DNA of 64,000 bases from Synechococcus sp. Lineage in GTDB: Bacteria; Cyanobacteriota; Cyanobacteriia; Thermostichales; PCC-7336. Where the stretch lies: NCBI GenBank assembly GCA_051439605.1, contig JBFRWN010000124.1, forward strand, positions 1 through 64,000. Reading direction: 5' to 3'. Positions 10,172 to 20,225 of the stretch are shown piece after piece. Position 1 is the first letter of the stretch. Every line of letters starts with the position of its first letter. A program made the position numbers and the translations under genes. The notes below the pieces were generated by a model, which was not told where the DNA came from, searched no databases, and worked only from the letters and a program-made list of their open reading frames with translations.

Positions 10172-10619
10172 GGTAAACCTCCCAAACAAATCACCTGGAT
10201 TGGTCCAGAAGGTATTGCGACAGCGGGGGACAACTCTAACTAAAATCGTATGAGTTCGATATCAATCATCCCTTCAGTTCAAGTGGGTTTAGGATAAATC
10301 GCGGATGAAGAAAAATATCCACCACAGGGGTCTTGGCTCCTGGGTTTGTCCGACCTTCAGGACTTATTCAACGAGAGCTGCGAAACGGGTGAGTCGAAAC
10401 GCATTCTCTGCAACATTGGCTCGCCTCTACCAAAACTTAGGCTTTGGTTACCTAGATCGTAACAGTTCTGGACGGGGACTGGCATTGAGACTGTTTACGA
10501 CTATGTAACAAAGTGTAGACACGGTCTAGGGCTATGTTGGAAAAGTTACTTGTCTTTTCACAAAAATGCCTTTTTGGAAACGTTATTTCCAAGCAGGGAT
10601 GAATGAGAAATTTGAAACC

Positions 10620-12368
10620 TCAACGTAACGCCAATCGCATTTTCTGGCTAACGAAATCGACTAGCAGCGTCAGCAATAGAAAACACCCTAGAGTTAGCGT
10701 CAGACTGCCGTAATCAAAACTGCTAAGCTGCTCAGTCATTAAGCGACCCAGCCCTCCAGCCCCTACCAACCCGACGATCGCCGTTTCTCGTAGACACACT
10801 TCCCATCGGTAAAGAATGTAGGCCAAAAATCGTCCCAAATTCTGAGGCAAAACACCGTAGAGGATCGCCTGTGCAGCAGACGCACCGGACGCATGCAGCG
10901 ATCGCAGCGGGCGATCGTCTAAATTCTCGTTCACTTCTGCCATTAGCCGCCCCAAAATGCCAAAGTTGTGAACAGCTAACGCCAGCGCCCCCGGCAATAT
11001 CCCCGGAAACAATACGAACAGACATACCAGAGCCCAAATTGGGGCCGGGATTGCCCGACTCACCAATAGAACGATGCGGCTGCCGATCGCAATGACTCGC
11101 GGCCATATCCACCATCGTTCGGAGTTTTCCCCCATCGGTCGCAGCCATCCTCCCGCCATAAAGAACGTCTGCGCCGCAGGAAAAGACAGTAGGATTCCAG
11201 CAATTCCGGCTAAGGCGATCGCCAAAACCGACATCGCCAGCGTAAGTCCCGACAACTGGATGAGATTCCCGACTGTTTCTGCATTCGGCCATTGGGGTGC
11301 GGCATCCCGAATGACCTCGCCTAGAAGATGGCCTGTTCGCGGCGACCACAACCGCTGCCATTCCGCCCCTATCCCCCAAAAGCTCAGCGGAATCGCTAAA
11401 CCGACCGCGCACCATGACAGACGTAGCGTCCAATCGTGGGTGCCTATCGGTCGCCTCCTAGGGCAATTGGTCTGCACAGTCTGATTCTGACGAGCATTGA
11501 TATCCAGCCTGCTGGTGAAGCCCATCCGCCGCCGCACCCAGGCACTCCACATATCGACAGCCCCATTCAACAAAATTAAGGCATAAAATCCCGTCCACAG
11601 CTGGTGGTAGCGTAGGGATTGCAAGCTCAATAAAATTTCGTAACCTAACCCTCCGGCACCAATCACCCCCAAAACCGCCGCCGCCCGCAGAGAGCATTCG
11701 AACCGATAGAAGCTGTAGGACAGCAAGTTTGGTAAAGCCTGCGGCAATAAGCCGTACAGCCAGGCGCTTGAGGGCGATACTCCGCTGTTGAGCAATCCAT
11801 TGAGTGGCTCTTGCGGCGTTTCATCCAAAATCTCTGAGAAAACCTTAGCGACAATTGCGCCAAACGGAACCGCGATCGCCAACACCGCCACCAGTGGGTC
11901 CAACCCAAAAATGTTGAGAAAAAACAGTCCCCAAATCAGTTCGTGAATCGCCCTTGGAACTGTCAGGAGTCCCCGCACCAACAGCCAAATCGGCTGTCCT
12001 AACCATCCCCCCTTTGCAGAGCGAGGAAACACAGTCTGCCACCAGGTTTGAGAAGACAGAACGCCGCCAAAGAACCCCAGACTGATGCTGAGGAGGGTGC
12101 CACACACTGCATAGGCAAACGTCACCAACGTGGCTCGCCCGATAGTGTTCAAGAAGGTAAAGCTGAGATCGGGGGTTAAACTGGCAGTCCAAAATTCTCC
12201 GAGCTGTCTCAGTCCGCCCCAATTAACGATGTCGGCTCCGGGCCTTCCGATGCCGGCTTGGTAAGCAGACCAGACAATGGCAATCGCCGCGATCGATATC
12301 CACAGCGACCGTTGATTGAGTAGCGAAGGACGCGTAACAGGGTTAATCAGTGGGCGAGGAGAAGACAT
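10620..12368 (-). CDS. phnE: PhnE-type ABC transporter permease (two fused permease units)
   Basis: Two copies of the R.I...IW / YR.E..LR....G..GAGGLG module. Confidence 0.85.
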   Translation of the reverse strand: MSSPRPLINPVTRPSLLNQRSLWISIAAIAIVWSAYQAGIGRPGADIVNWGGLRQLGEFWTASLTPDLSFTFLNTIGRATLVTFAYAVCGTLLSISLGFFGGVLSSQTWWQTVFPRSAKGGWLGQPIWLLVRGLLTVPRAIHELIWGLFFLNIFGLDPLVAVLAIAVPFGAIVAKVFSEILDETPQEPLNGLLNSGVSPSSAWLYGLLPQALPNLLSYSFYRFECSLRAAAVLGVIGAGGLGYEILLSLQSLRYHQLWTGFYALILLNGAVDMWSAWVRRRMGFTSRLDINARQNQTVQTNCPRRRPIGTHDWTLRLSWCAVGLAIPLSFWGIGAEWQRLWSPRTGHLLGEVIRDAAPQWPNAETVGNLIQLSGLTLAMSVLAIALAGIAGILLSFPAAQTFFMAGGWLRPMGENSERWWIWPRVIAIGSRIVLLVSRAIPAPIWALVCLFVLFPGILPGALALAVHNFGILGRLMAEVNENLDDRPLRSLHASGASAAQAILYGVLPQNLGRFLAYILYRWEVCLRETAIVGLVGAGGLGRLMTEQLSSFDYGSLTLTLGCFLLLTLLVDFVSQKMRLALR

Positions 12369-12503
12369 TCAAGGAACAGGGTAAGCATGCAGTCAGAGAG
12401 CGCTGCTGAAGCACTCTCCTGCAGAAAGGGGCTATATCCGTTATCGCTCTAGCAATAGAATCCAGTACTGTGGCTCCTTAAACACTCGACTAAGTCAGCC
12501 TAG

Positions 12504-13268
12504 CTATCGTAGATCGACCAATGGAGAAAGCTGATACAAATCCTGAATCATAGTTCGAGTCACCTGGGAAGTGGGGGCATCGAATTGGATTTGTCCGTGC
12601 CGCAGCCCGATAAGGCGGGTGCAATATTGAAACGCAAATTCGATATCGTGCAAGCTCACCACTAGGGTCTTGCCGGTTGATTCCGTGAGGTGGCGCAGCA
12701 GGGCCATGAGGTCATGCGATCGCGCTGGGTCGAGGCTGGCGATTGGTTCATCCGCTAATATCGCCGTCGGATTTTGCACCAATACCCGTGCCAATGCCAC
12801 CCGCTGCTGCTGACCGCCAGACAGGCGATCGGTGCGGGCGTACAGCTTGTCTTCGATTCCGACCTCCGCCAGCGCCTGCCGCACAGCTTCTATGTTCTGA
12901 GGCCACACCAGTGACCACGCAGCCTTGGCGAAGGACCAACGTCCCAGTTGCCCGGCATTGACGTTGTGCACCACCGCAAGATTGGTCACCAAGTGATGCT
13001 GCTGGTACACAGTACCGATCTGTCGTTGAACTCGACGCCGTTGGCGGGGGGTAAGTTGGCGGAAGTCTTGGCCCAAACACATCACGCGGCCCTGAGAAGG
13101 CAGGAGGGTACCGTTGAGCAAGTTCAACAGTGTACTTTTCCCTGCTCCGCTGGGGCCAATCAGCGCCACCCGCTCCCCCTCGGAAATCTCAAAACTGAGA
13201 TTCGATAGCGCTGTCAGGCTACCGAATTGGTGGGACACGCGATCGCAGCGGAAAATAGGGGTACCCAT
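12504..13268 (-). CDS. phnC: PhnC-type ABC transporter ATP-binding protein
   Basis: GPSGAGKST, LSGGQQQRVALAR, ILADEPIASLDP and SLHD motifs. Confidence 0.88.
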   Translation of the reverse strand: MGTPIFRCDRVSHQFGSLTALSNLSFEISEGERVALIGPSGAGKSTLLNLLNGTLLPSQGRVMCLGQDFRQLTPRQRRRVQRQIGTVYQQHHLVTNLAVVHNVNAGQLGRWSFAKAAWSLVWPQNIEAVRQALAEVGIEDKLYARTDRLSGGQQQRVALARVLVQNPTAILADEPIASLDPARSHDLMALLRHLTESTGKTLVVSLHDIEFAFQYCTRLIGLRHGQIQFDAPTSQVTRTMIQDLYQLSPLVDLR

Positions 13269-14203
13269 TACCGAATCTTGCCAATCTGCCGACCGATGGC
13301 TTCAATTTCGGCGTAATTCCCGTTAACAGTAGGAATGAACTGGTTGGCCCCAAACAGATCCAGCAGTTCTTTTTCCTCTGGCACTTCGGAGTCCAGTTCG
13401 ATCAGCGCTGCCTGCAGCTTCTCGGTAAACCCATCTCCGTAGCGGGCTTCGGTCTCGGGGCTCACCACCCAGTGATAGTCGTAATAAGGGGGCGTCCACC
13501 ATACAACGGACACTTGGCGTTCGTCCACAGACCCATCCTCTACCCGCGCTTCCCATACCTGGGAGTTGAGGGCTCCCGCGTCGTAAGTTCCGGCCTCCAC
13601 CAGCTTGATGGTGGCGTCGTGATTGCCGGAGAACCCTACTTCTCCTTTAAAGTCATCCAGCAACATCCCCGCTTCCTGAATGAAATGCTGGGGCATTAAG
13701 CGGCCAGACGTGGAGGATTCGCTACCAAAGGTAAAGGTGCGATCGCTTAGCGCCACAAGACCGCCGATATCCTCAAACGGCTCGATGCCGCTGTCCGTAT
13801 TGGCGATGAAGACGCTTTGGAACTGCTTGTCGATGTCCCGTTGGGCGATCGCCTCTGCCCCCTCCACCTGCAAGCGGGCCTGCACGCCGGTTAGCCCCCC
13901 AAACCAAACCAAATCCAAGTCGCCGACTTTGAAGGCGGTAACGGCAGCTGCGTAATCAGTGACAGGTTGGTACTCAACCGGAATGTCTAACTCTGTCTCC
14001 AGATATGTCGCCAGTTTGTCTGCAAGACGCTGAACTTTTTCCGGATCTTGGTCGGGGATTGAACCCACCATCAAAGGGGGGACGAATTGAGATGTTTCGG
14101 TTTGACGCCCCTCTTCCTGAGTAACCTGAGGTCCCCCACAGGCAACTAATAACAGTAGCGACAGTCCTCCCAGAACAGCCGAGCGGTTAAGGGTTGGCAG
14201 CAT
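13268..14203 (-). CDS. PhnD-family substrate-binding lipoprotein (putative selenate/phosph(on)ate subfamily)
   Basis: Lipobox LVAC; IPDQDPE, WFGGLTGVQAR, FGSESSTSGRLMP and YYDYHW motifs. Confidence 0.85.
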   Translation of the reverse strand: MLPTLNRSAVLGGLSLLLLVACGGPQVTQEEGRQTETSQFVPPLMVGSIPDQDPEKVQRLADKLATYLETELDIPVEYQPVTDYAAAVTAFKVGDLDLVWFGGLTGVQARLQVEGAEAIAQRDIDKQFQSVFIANTDSGIEPFEDIGGLVALSDRTFTFGSESSTSGRLMPQHFIQEAGMLLDDFKGEVGFSGNHDATIKLVEAGTYDAGALNSQVWEARVEDGSVDERQVSVVWWTPPYYDYHWVVSPETEARYGDGFTEKLQAALIELDSEVPEEKELLDLFGANQFIPTVNGNYAEIEAIGRQIGKIR

Positions 14204-14272
14204 AAGCTCAGATATCTACTTTTCAGCCAATTTATCCTACTGCAAACGCTGATTTCCAAGTGCACACCAGTT

Positions 14273-15793
14273 TTAACGAGTTTCAGAGTCATCGATCCAA
14301 GCCTCAACCATGCGGTTGGGAATCGATACAATTGGATGATCGAAAAGGGCCTCTAACGCGGCATCCCCTCCTGCTTGAAACGCGCGCTTTAGTTGACGTT
14401 TGAGACGAGGTTGTGACTCGATATAGCGGGACACGGTAACTTCTGCAGAGGGACCTGTGTCAGTACCGCTGGCAACGCGATCCAAAATTTGCTGAACTTC
14501 CTCCCTCAGCGCTTGCAGAGTTTCGCCACTGACGGATTCCGCACAGGGGCCACCTACGGAATTGTCCCCTGCTAGGCGACGGGTCATCCCAGCAACATCG
14601 ATCCCCGTACTGTATTTCATCTGCTCGAAACTAGAAATCAAGCTGCCCACCGCGCCAGTATTCGCTGGATCGATCACCGTGACGTTATCCACTTGAACTT
14701 CCGGCACCGTGCCCGCCAACAGCTCCAGCAGCACATCCAGCTTTTGCAACAGGAAAATATCCCGCGCAATCGGTCCGGCAGCCTGCCACGATTCCACCAG
14801 CCTGCGGGTGCCCTCCGCTTGGGCGCGACCGTTTTCCACAATCTTGGCAGCCCGCGCTCTGGATTGGGCGATCGCCTGCTTGCAGTAGGCCTCAGCCGGA
14901 GCCACCACATCCGCTTGGAGCTGTTGCTCCACCTGTTTAATCCGTTCCTCTTGAACGGGAATATCCGCTTCTGCCCGAGCTACCTCAGCCGCGATTTCGG
15001 CTTCTGCTTCTGCCACTACGGCGGTGCGCTGCGTCAGGGCGTTTTGAATGCGGCGATCGGCCTCCGCCTGCGAAATGGCCACATCCCGCTCGATGCGCTT
15101 CAGGGCAGTAATTTTCTGGTTCTCCGCAGCCTCAATCGCCGATTCAGCCTTCGTTTGGGCCTCTGCAATGCGCGCGTCCCGCAACATTTCAACCCGCTGT
15201 TTGCGACCGATGGAATCGAGATATCCGACGTCGTCAGAAATGTTTTGCACCTGCAGGGTGTCTAGCACCAACCCCAACTTTTCTAGATCCTCTTCTGCTT
15301 CTCCGAGCAAGCTTTTGGCAAATTCGATTTTGTCTTCGTTCACTTGCTCCGGCGTCAGGCTGGCGAGGACACCCCGTAGATTGCCCTCTAGAGTTTCGCG
15401 GGCGATGGTTTCTATTTCTGCTCGACTTTTCCCCAACAACCGTTCGATCGCATTGTGAATCGTCGGCTCGTCACCGGCAATTTTGATGTTTGCCACCCCC
15501 GACACGTTGAGAGGAATTCCTCCACGAGAATAGGCGTTGGACACCTTTAGCTCGATGATGGAGTTGGTGATATCCATGCGAAAGGCTCGCTCTAACAGGG
15601 GGGTGCGCAGGCTACTGCCCCCTTTGACAAGGCGATACCCCACTTTGCGTCCGCCAGTGGTGCTGCGTTTCCCTCCAGCAAAAATCAACACTTCGCTGGG
15701 CTGACAGATGTAATAGAGGTTGCGAATAATCAGAATGCCTGCCCCGGTGCTGGCACCGAGGGCAATCAGTAGCGCAATGATGGTGCCAAACAT
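14273..15793 (-). CDS. Flotillin (SPFH) family protein with extra C-terminal helical domain
   Basis: N-terminal TM, PSEVLIFAG, ETLEGNLRGVLASLTPEQVNED and an Ala/Glu coiled coil. Confidence 0.92.
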   Translation of the reverse strand: MFGTIIALLIALGASTGAGILIIRNLYYICQPSEVLIFAGGKRSTTGGRKVGYRLVKGGSSLRTPLLERAFRMDITNSIIELKVSNAYSRGGIPLNVSGVANIKIAGDEPTIHNAIERLLGKSRAEIETIARETLEGNLRGVLASLTPEQVNEDKIEFAKSLLGEAEEDLEKLGLVLDTLQVQNISDDVGYLDSIGRKQRVEMLRDARIAEAQTKAESAIEAAENQKITALKRIERDVAISQAEADRRIQNALTQRTAVVAEAEAEIAAEVARAEADIPVQEERIKQVEQQLQADVVAPAEAYCKQAIAQSRARAAKIVENGRAQAEGTRRLVESWQAAGPIARDIFLLQKLDVLLELLAGTVPEVQVDNVTVIDPANTGAVGSLISSFEQMKYSTGIDVAGMTRRLAGDNSVGGPCAESVSGETLQALREEVQQILDRVASGTDTGPSAEVTVSRYIESQPRLKRQLKRAFQAGGDAALEALFDHPIVSIPNRMVEAWIDDSETR

Positions 15794-17313
15794 TATGCTT
15801 CACCTCTATGGGGGTCGTTCGAGCTAGCGTCAGTCGTGGAGAATTCTCCCAAGGATGAATTAGCAGGCGGCGAGGGATTGGAGATCGGTCCGGCAGCTCC
15901 CCCTCCGCGTTTTAGGGTTTGAGCAACGTTCAACCCCAGAGTCGTATCCACGCGATGAATAAACTGGCGGACCATCTCCGGATAAGCATTGGTTAAACCA
16001 GCCAGCGATTGTCCATCACCGCTATCAACCACGTTCACCCGACCCAAGCGCACCTGCTTTGGAACCTTGGCCGCCTGCTGCAGGACCATCTCGATTTGCT
16101 GCAACAAATACACATCTGCGGCATCGGTGCCCGTTTCCTGCCACACCTGAGTCAGCAGGTCGCTGGCGGCAGCAGAAGCCTTCGCCTGTTCCGACAGGTC
16201 GGACGCTGCCCCTCTGGCATCTAACACCGATGCTTGTCGTTCTGCCTCTGCAGGCAAAACGGTGTCCACCTCTAATCGCAGCCTCTCCAGCTGCGCCCTC
16301 AGGGTTTGTAATTGCTGCTCTGCCCTAGCCCTGGCCTCGATCGCTGCCGCCTCCGTACGCTCTTCTTCGGAACGGGCCTGCTCTTCTAGACGGGCTTTAA
16401 TTTTGCGCAAATCGTTTTCCTGTTGCTGCACGATACTGCGGGCTTGGGTTTTGGCCACCTCCGCCCGCTGTTCGCATTCCGCTTCAATTCGTTCCGCTTG
16501 ACCCACCGATTCTGCTTCAGCAATCTCTACATCTCTGACGATGTGGGCAATCCGCCGCCGACTGATGGAACTGAGGTAATCCACTTTGTCCGCTACGCTC
16601 TGGATTTTGAGGGTATCCAACTGCATGCCCAACTTGGCCAAGTCCCGCGATACATCCTGGGCAATGCGTTCGGCAAACTCAAGGCGATCTTCGTTCACCT
16701 GCTCGGGGGTTAACGTCGCCAGCACCCCCCGCAAGTTCCCTTCTAGGGTCTCGCGGGCAACCCGGGCAATTTCCGAGCGATTGCGGTCTAAAAATCGCTC
16801 GATGGCGTTGCCAATAATCTCGGGGTCGCTAGAGATTTTCACATTGGCGATCGCCTGAATATCGATGGGGGTTCCCCCTCTGGCGTAGGCATTAGTGACT
16901 TCGACGGGCACCGGCATCACGGTCATGTCCATCCGCTTGACGGTTTCCAAAATGGGAATAGAGATAACGCGACCGCCGAATACGACTCGATACCCGAGGG
17001 TTTCTCCACTGGGGGCGCGGTATTTGCGGCCGGACACGATCAGCACTTCATTGGGATTGCAGATGCGCAGCAGACTTTTGAGTAGCCAAATAGCTGCAGA
17101 CACCAAAAAAATGGTCAGGGCAATAGGCAAGGCTGCCCCAAACCCCGCATCCGAACTCTCACTCCGTTTGTTCTGAACAGGCTGGTATTGGACGGGCTGG
17201 TATCGAACGGTGCGGATTTCTCCAGTCTGCAAGTCAGCCCGTTGCATTGCAGGCTGAGTCAACCGCGCCTCGTGGGGCAGTTGAATGTCGAAGTTAGGGG
17301 TGTGTTGGTTCAT
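15793..17313 (-). CDS. Flotillin (SPFH) family protein
   Basis: TM, CNPNEVLIVSG, ETLEGNLRGVLATLTPEQVNED and coiled coil; stop overlaps the next start (TAATG). Confidence 0.92.
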   Translation of the reverse strand: MNQHTPNFDIQLPHEARLTQPAMQRADLQTGEIRTVRYQPVQYQPVQNKRSESSDAGFGAALPIALTIFLVSAAIWLLKSLLRICNPNEVLIVSGRKYRAPSGETLGYRVVFGGRVISIPILETVKRMDMTVMPVPVEVTNAYARGGTPIDIQAIANVKISSDPEIIGNAIERFLDRNRSEIARVARETLEGNLRGVLATLTPEQVNEDRLEFAERIAQDVSRDLAKLGMQLDTLKIQSVADKVDYLSSISRRRIAHIVRDVEIAEAESVGQAERIEAECEQRAEVAKTQARSIVQQQENDLRKIKARLEEQARSEEERTEAAAIEARARAEQQLQTLRAQLERLRLEVDTVLPAEAERQASVLDARGAASDLSEQAKASAAASDLLTQVWQETGTDAADVYLLQQIEMVLQQAAKVPKQVRLGRVNVVDSGDGQSLAGLTNAYPEMVRQFIHRVDTTLGLNVAQTLKRGGGAAGPISNPSPPANSSLGEFSTTDASSNDPHRGEA

Positions 17314-17334
17314 AGCCTTATATGGCCTGAGTTG

Positions 17335-17982
17335 TTAATCTTTGCTGGATTGAAACGCTGCTTCCGAAACCACCCACAGCCGGTTATCTTGCTCGCGAAT
17401 GACCACCACCCGATCGTCGGTGTTCAAGGGGGTGGGGTCATCCGTGCAGGCCAAAAAGGCCACGTTCACATTTCTGAGGCTGAGGCGAATCTTGCCGGGG
17501 CTGGTGGCATCGAAGGGGACTTCAACAATGCCCACCTTGCCGATTAAATCGCTGGTGCGAATCAGGCTGTTGGCGGGTCTGCGGCGCAGCATGCGCAGGA
17601 TGCCGGTCATGACAGTGGCGCTGGTGACGCCAAAGGCGATCGCGATGAGTGCCCGAGTGCTGGATGAGAGGGTGGGGGCGAAGACGGTCAGCAGTAGGCC
17701 GGTGAGACCGAAGAAGCAGGCTCCGAAGGTCCAAAATCGCAGGCTGGCGAAGGGGATCCAGAGGGTGGGTCGGGATGGCTTTAGCTCGAACGGGCTGTCT
17801 CGGTCTTCCGGCGATCGCTCGCGGACCTCGACATCCATGTCGAGGCCGTCACCGAGCTCGCCCTCAAACTCAACATCTCCAAGTTCCATTTCTCCAAATT
17901 CAACTCCATCGATTCCGCTGATGCTGGCGAGGAGGACGAAACAGCCTCCGACGATTAAGCAGAACCAATAGAGTGTTGCCAT
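17335..17982 (-). CDS. NfeD-like membrane protein (flotillin partner)
   Basis: Hydrophobic helices, SLRFWTFG..FFGLTG, a C-terminal OB-fold-like segment, and position at the head of the flotillin operon. Confidence 0.85.
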   Translation of the reverse strand: MATLYWFCLIVGGCFVLLASISGIDGVEFGEMELGDVEFEGELGDGLDMDVEVRERSPEDRDSPFELKPSRPTLWIPFASLRFWTFGACFFGLTGLLLTVFAPTLSSSTRALIAIAFGVTSATVMTGILRMLRRRPANSLIRTSDLIGKVGIVEVPFDATSPGKIRLSLRNVNVAFLACTDDPTPLNTDDRVVVIREQDNRLWVVSEAAFQSSKD

Positions 17983-18084
17983 AGGGAGTCTGGGCGGAAA
18001 ATCTGAGACTTTGACCTCAAAGATGATTATCAGAGGGAGGAATCGCGTTTCCTCAAACTCTAAGGAAACTGTCAGAATTGCGAT

Positions 18085-18462
18085 TTATGCTGAATAGTGT
18101 TGCGATTCCCGCATCGCTATATTGAATTTTTCATTCCACCAACAATTGCTCGCAGGTAAGCCCCCCCTCCAAATCGATCGCATCTTATCCACGACGTCTA
18201 ATGTTTCGCGGCTAGATATCGCCTGTACGTCTGCAAATGTTGCTCCACCAGCAACAGTGCCCAAAGCAAGTCCTACTGAACCAACCACTTTGCTCACGGT
18301 TGCAGACCTCGCTTCTAACTTGTCGATTCTTTCGGCTAGTGGAGCGATCGCTCGCTCGATTGAAAAAACTAGAGCCTTGGCTTTGAGTTTGCTCTCAGGC
18401 CCACCGTCCCCGAGCAAGAGCGCTATTTCATCCTCTGTTCTCTTGCCCGCAATATCTTGCAC
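18085..18462 (-). CDS. Hypothetical small protein (coiled coil plus one hydrophobic segment)
   Basis: 125 aa ORF with LAERIDKLE followed by VVGSVGLALGTVAGG; no family recognised. Confidence 0.4.
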   Translation of the reverse strand: MQDIAGKRTEDEIALLLGDGGPESKLKAKALVFSIERAIAPLAERIDKLEARSATVSKVVGSVGLALGTVAGGATFADVQAISSRETLDVVDKMRSIWRGGLPASNCWWNEKFNIAMRESQHYSA

Positions 18463-18635
18463 GATGCAACCTCAGCCCCAACGCACCTTTCTTATTCATT
18501 AGGCCCTTGTCGCTCGCACGCTATCCCATCGTTGTAGCGCTCGAGATAGCCAAATTGCATATTTTCTTAGACAAAAAATAAGCTGCTTCTTACACAGTAA
18601 CGGTTCCGTGCCATCTCGATTTCGACTGACCCTGT

Positions 18636-20162
18636 TTGATGGTTTATAAAGGATTTCCAGTTTGGCAGGCACCTATGGTGAAGCGAAGCAACCGGCGAGC
18701 AATATCCCAATCTTCCATGGGATACCGACAATTTCGATTGCGAAGAGGACGTAGTTCTCTTAAAAGGAACAAGCCACCTAGTAACCTTTTTGGGAGGATT
18801 GAAAGACGTTTGGAAGCCTTTCATAGCTGGCTAGAGAGTCTTGCGATACTTGATATTCTTAACACCCTTGCCAGCGTGGGCATCGTCATTGCGGTGGGTT
18901 CCTTCATAATCAATCAGGACGATCGGCACGAACAAGATGTATTTGCAGCTTGGCAGACCATTAGCAGTGCCGCTGGACAGTCGGGAAGTGGAGGGAGAAA
19001 GGAAGCCATAGAGTTCTTACATTCCCGACCGTGGCGCTTTCCCTGGTTTTGTCGTAAGGGAGCGGAGGACCTTAGCTGTATCATCCGACAACCAGCTCAA
19101 AGTCTAGCAGGCTTAGATGTAGGACTCGATGAAGAGGAAAACGCAAAATTTCCCGGTATGGGTGCATTTCTTGCGGAGTTGCAGTTACCGAACGCTGACC
19201 TGAGAGTTGCAAACCTTCAGAGCGCCAACCTTGAGGAGGCTAACCTTCGGAGTACAAACCTGCGGCGTGCAAACCTTCGGAAAGCAGACCTGCTTGGAGC
19301 CAACCTTCAAAACGCAGACCTGATGAGGGTGAACTTTGAGGGCGCATTACTGCAGGAGGCAAACCTTAGCAATGCAAACCTGCAAGAGGCCATCCTACAG
19401 GCAGGCCTGAGTTCGGCAAACCTTAGCAGCGCAGACCTTCAGAATGCCAACCTTACGAGTGCAGACCTGAGGGGTGCCAACTTATATAAAGCCAACCTGC
19501 AGTGGGCCTTCCTTTCGGGGGCATCGTTGGGGTCAGCTAACCTCAGCAACGCAGACTTAAGGGAGGCCCGCCTTTATGGAACAGACCTGAGGGAGACCAA
19601 TCTTCAAGAGGCAGACCTTTGGAATGCAGAACTACCGAACGCATTCCTTCAAGAGGCAGACCTTTGGAAAGCACACCTGAGGAAGGCCTACCTTCCAGGC
19701 GCAAACCTGTTGGAGGCCAATCTTCGGGACACCGATCTAAGGCAGGCCTTCCTTCAGAATGCAAATCTGAGAGTGGCCAACCTTCAGAATGCAAGACTTG
19801 GGGATAGCAACCTACAGAGCGCAAACTTGTGGTTGGCTAACCTTCAAGACGCAGACATCAGTGGTGGGAAATACACCACTGAAGAAACTTCAAGGAGAGA
19901 ATGCATTCGGATTTACAGGCAAAGCCATCCAAACATTACCGATCAATCACTAGAACTAGCTCTACAGGGAGGATCGGTACATCCTTGTCCAACAATTTGG
20001 GACAGGGCTGTATACGACGATTCAACCCACTTTCCGGATGGCTTACAAGAGAATGAAGACGCTATAAAAGCTGCTGGTCTTATACACATTGATAGTCTGT
20101 CGGAAGAAGAGCTTAATAGATACTCTTGGTATCGTAAATATGAGTCTGAACCCCGTCAGTAA
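18636..20162 (+). CDS. Membrane-anchored pentapeptide repeat protein
   Basis: TM segment, AWQTI..A.GQSGSGGR..A.E.L, then a long A(N/D)L repeat run; start codon uncertain. Confidence 0.88.
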   Translation: MMVYKGFPVWQAPMVKRSNRRAISQSSMGYRQFRLRRGRSSLKRNKPPSNLFGRIERRLEAFHSWLESLAILDILNTLASVGIVIAVGSFIINQDDRHEQDVFAAWQTISSAAGQSGSGGRKEAIEFLHSRPWRFPWFCRKGAEDLSCIIRQPAQSLAGLDVGLDEEENAKFPGMGAFLAELQLPNADLRVANLQSANLEEANLRSTNLRRANLRKADLLGANLQNADLMRVNFEGALLQEANLSNANLQEAILQAGLSSANLSSADLQNANLTSADLRGANLYKANLQWAFLSGASLGSANLSNADLREARLYGTDLRETNLQEADLWNAELPNAFLQEADLWKAHLRKAYLPGANLLEANLRDTDLRQAFLQNANLRVANLQNARLGDSNLQSANLWLANLQDADISGGKYTTEETSRRECIRIYRQSHPNITDQSLELALQGGSVHPCPTIWDRAVYDDSTHFPDGLQENEDAIKAAGLIHIDSLSEEELNRYSWYRKYESEPRQ

Positions 20163-20225
20163 AAGCTCTAGCTAACTAACCCAACGGCACCCTAGCCGTC
20201 TTCAGAGCTTTAACCTACGAATATG

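Noticed and set aside
10504..10528. TGTA-N8-TAGA (NtcA-like) and TAGAC-N3-GTCTA upstream of the pentapeptide gene
   Set aside because: Mismatch to GTA-N8-TAC and no clearly positioned -10 element; too weak to call.
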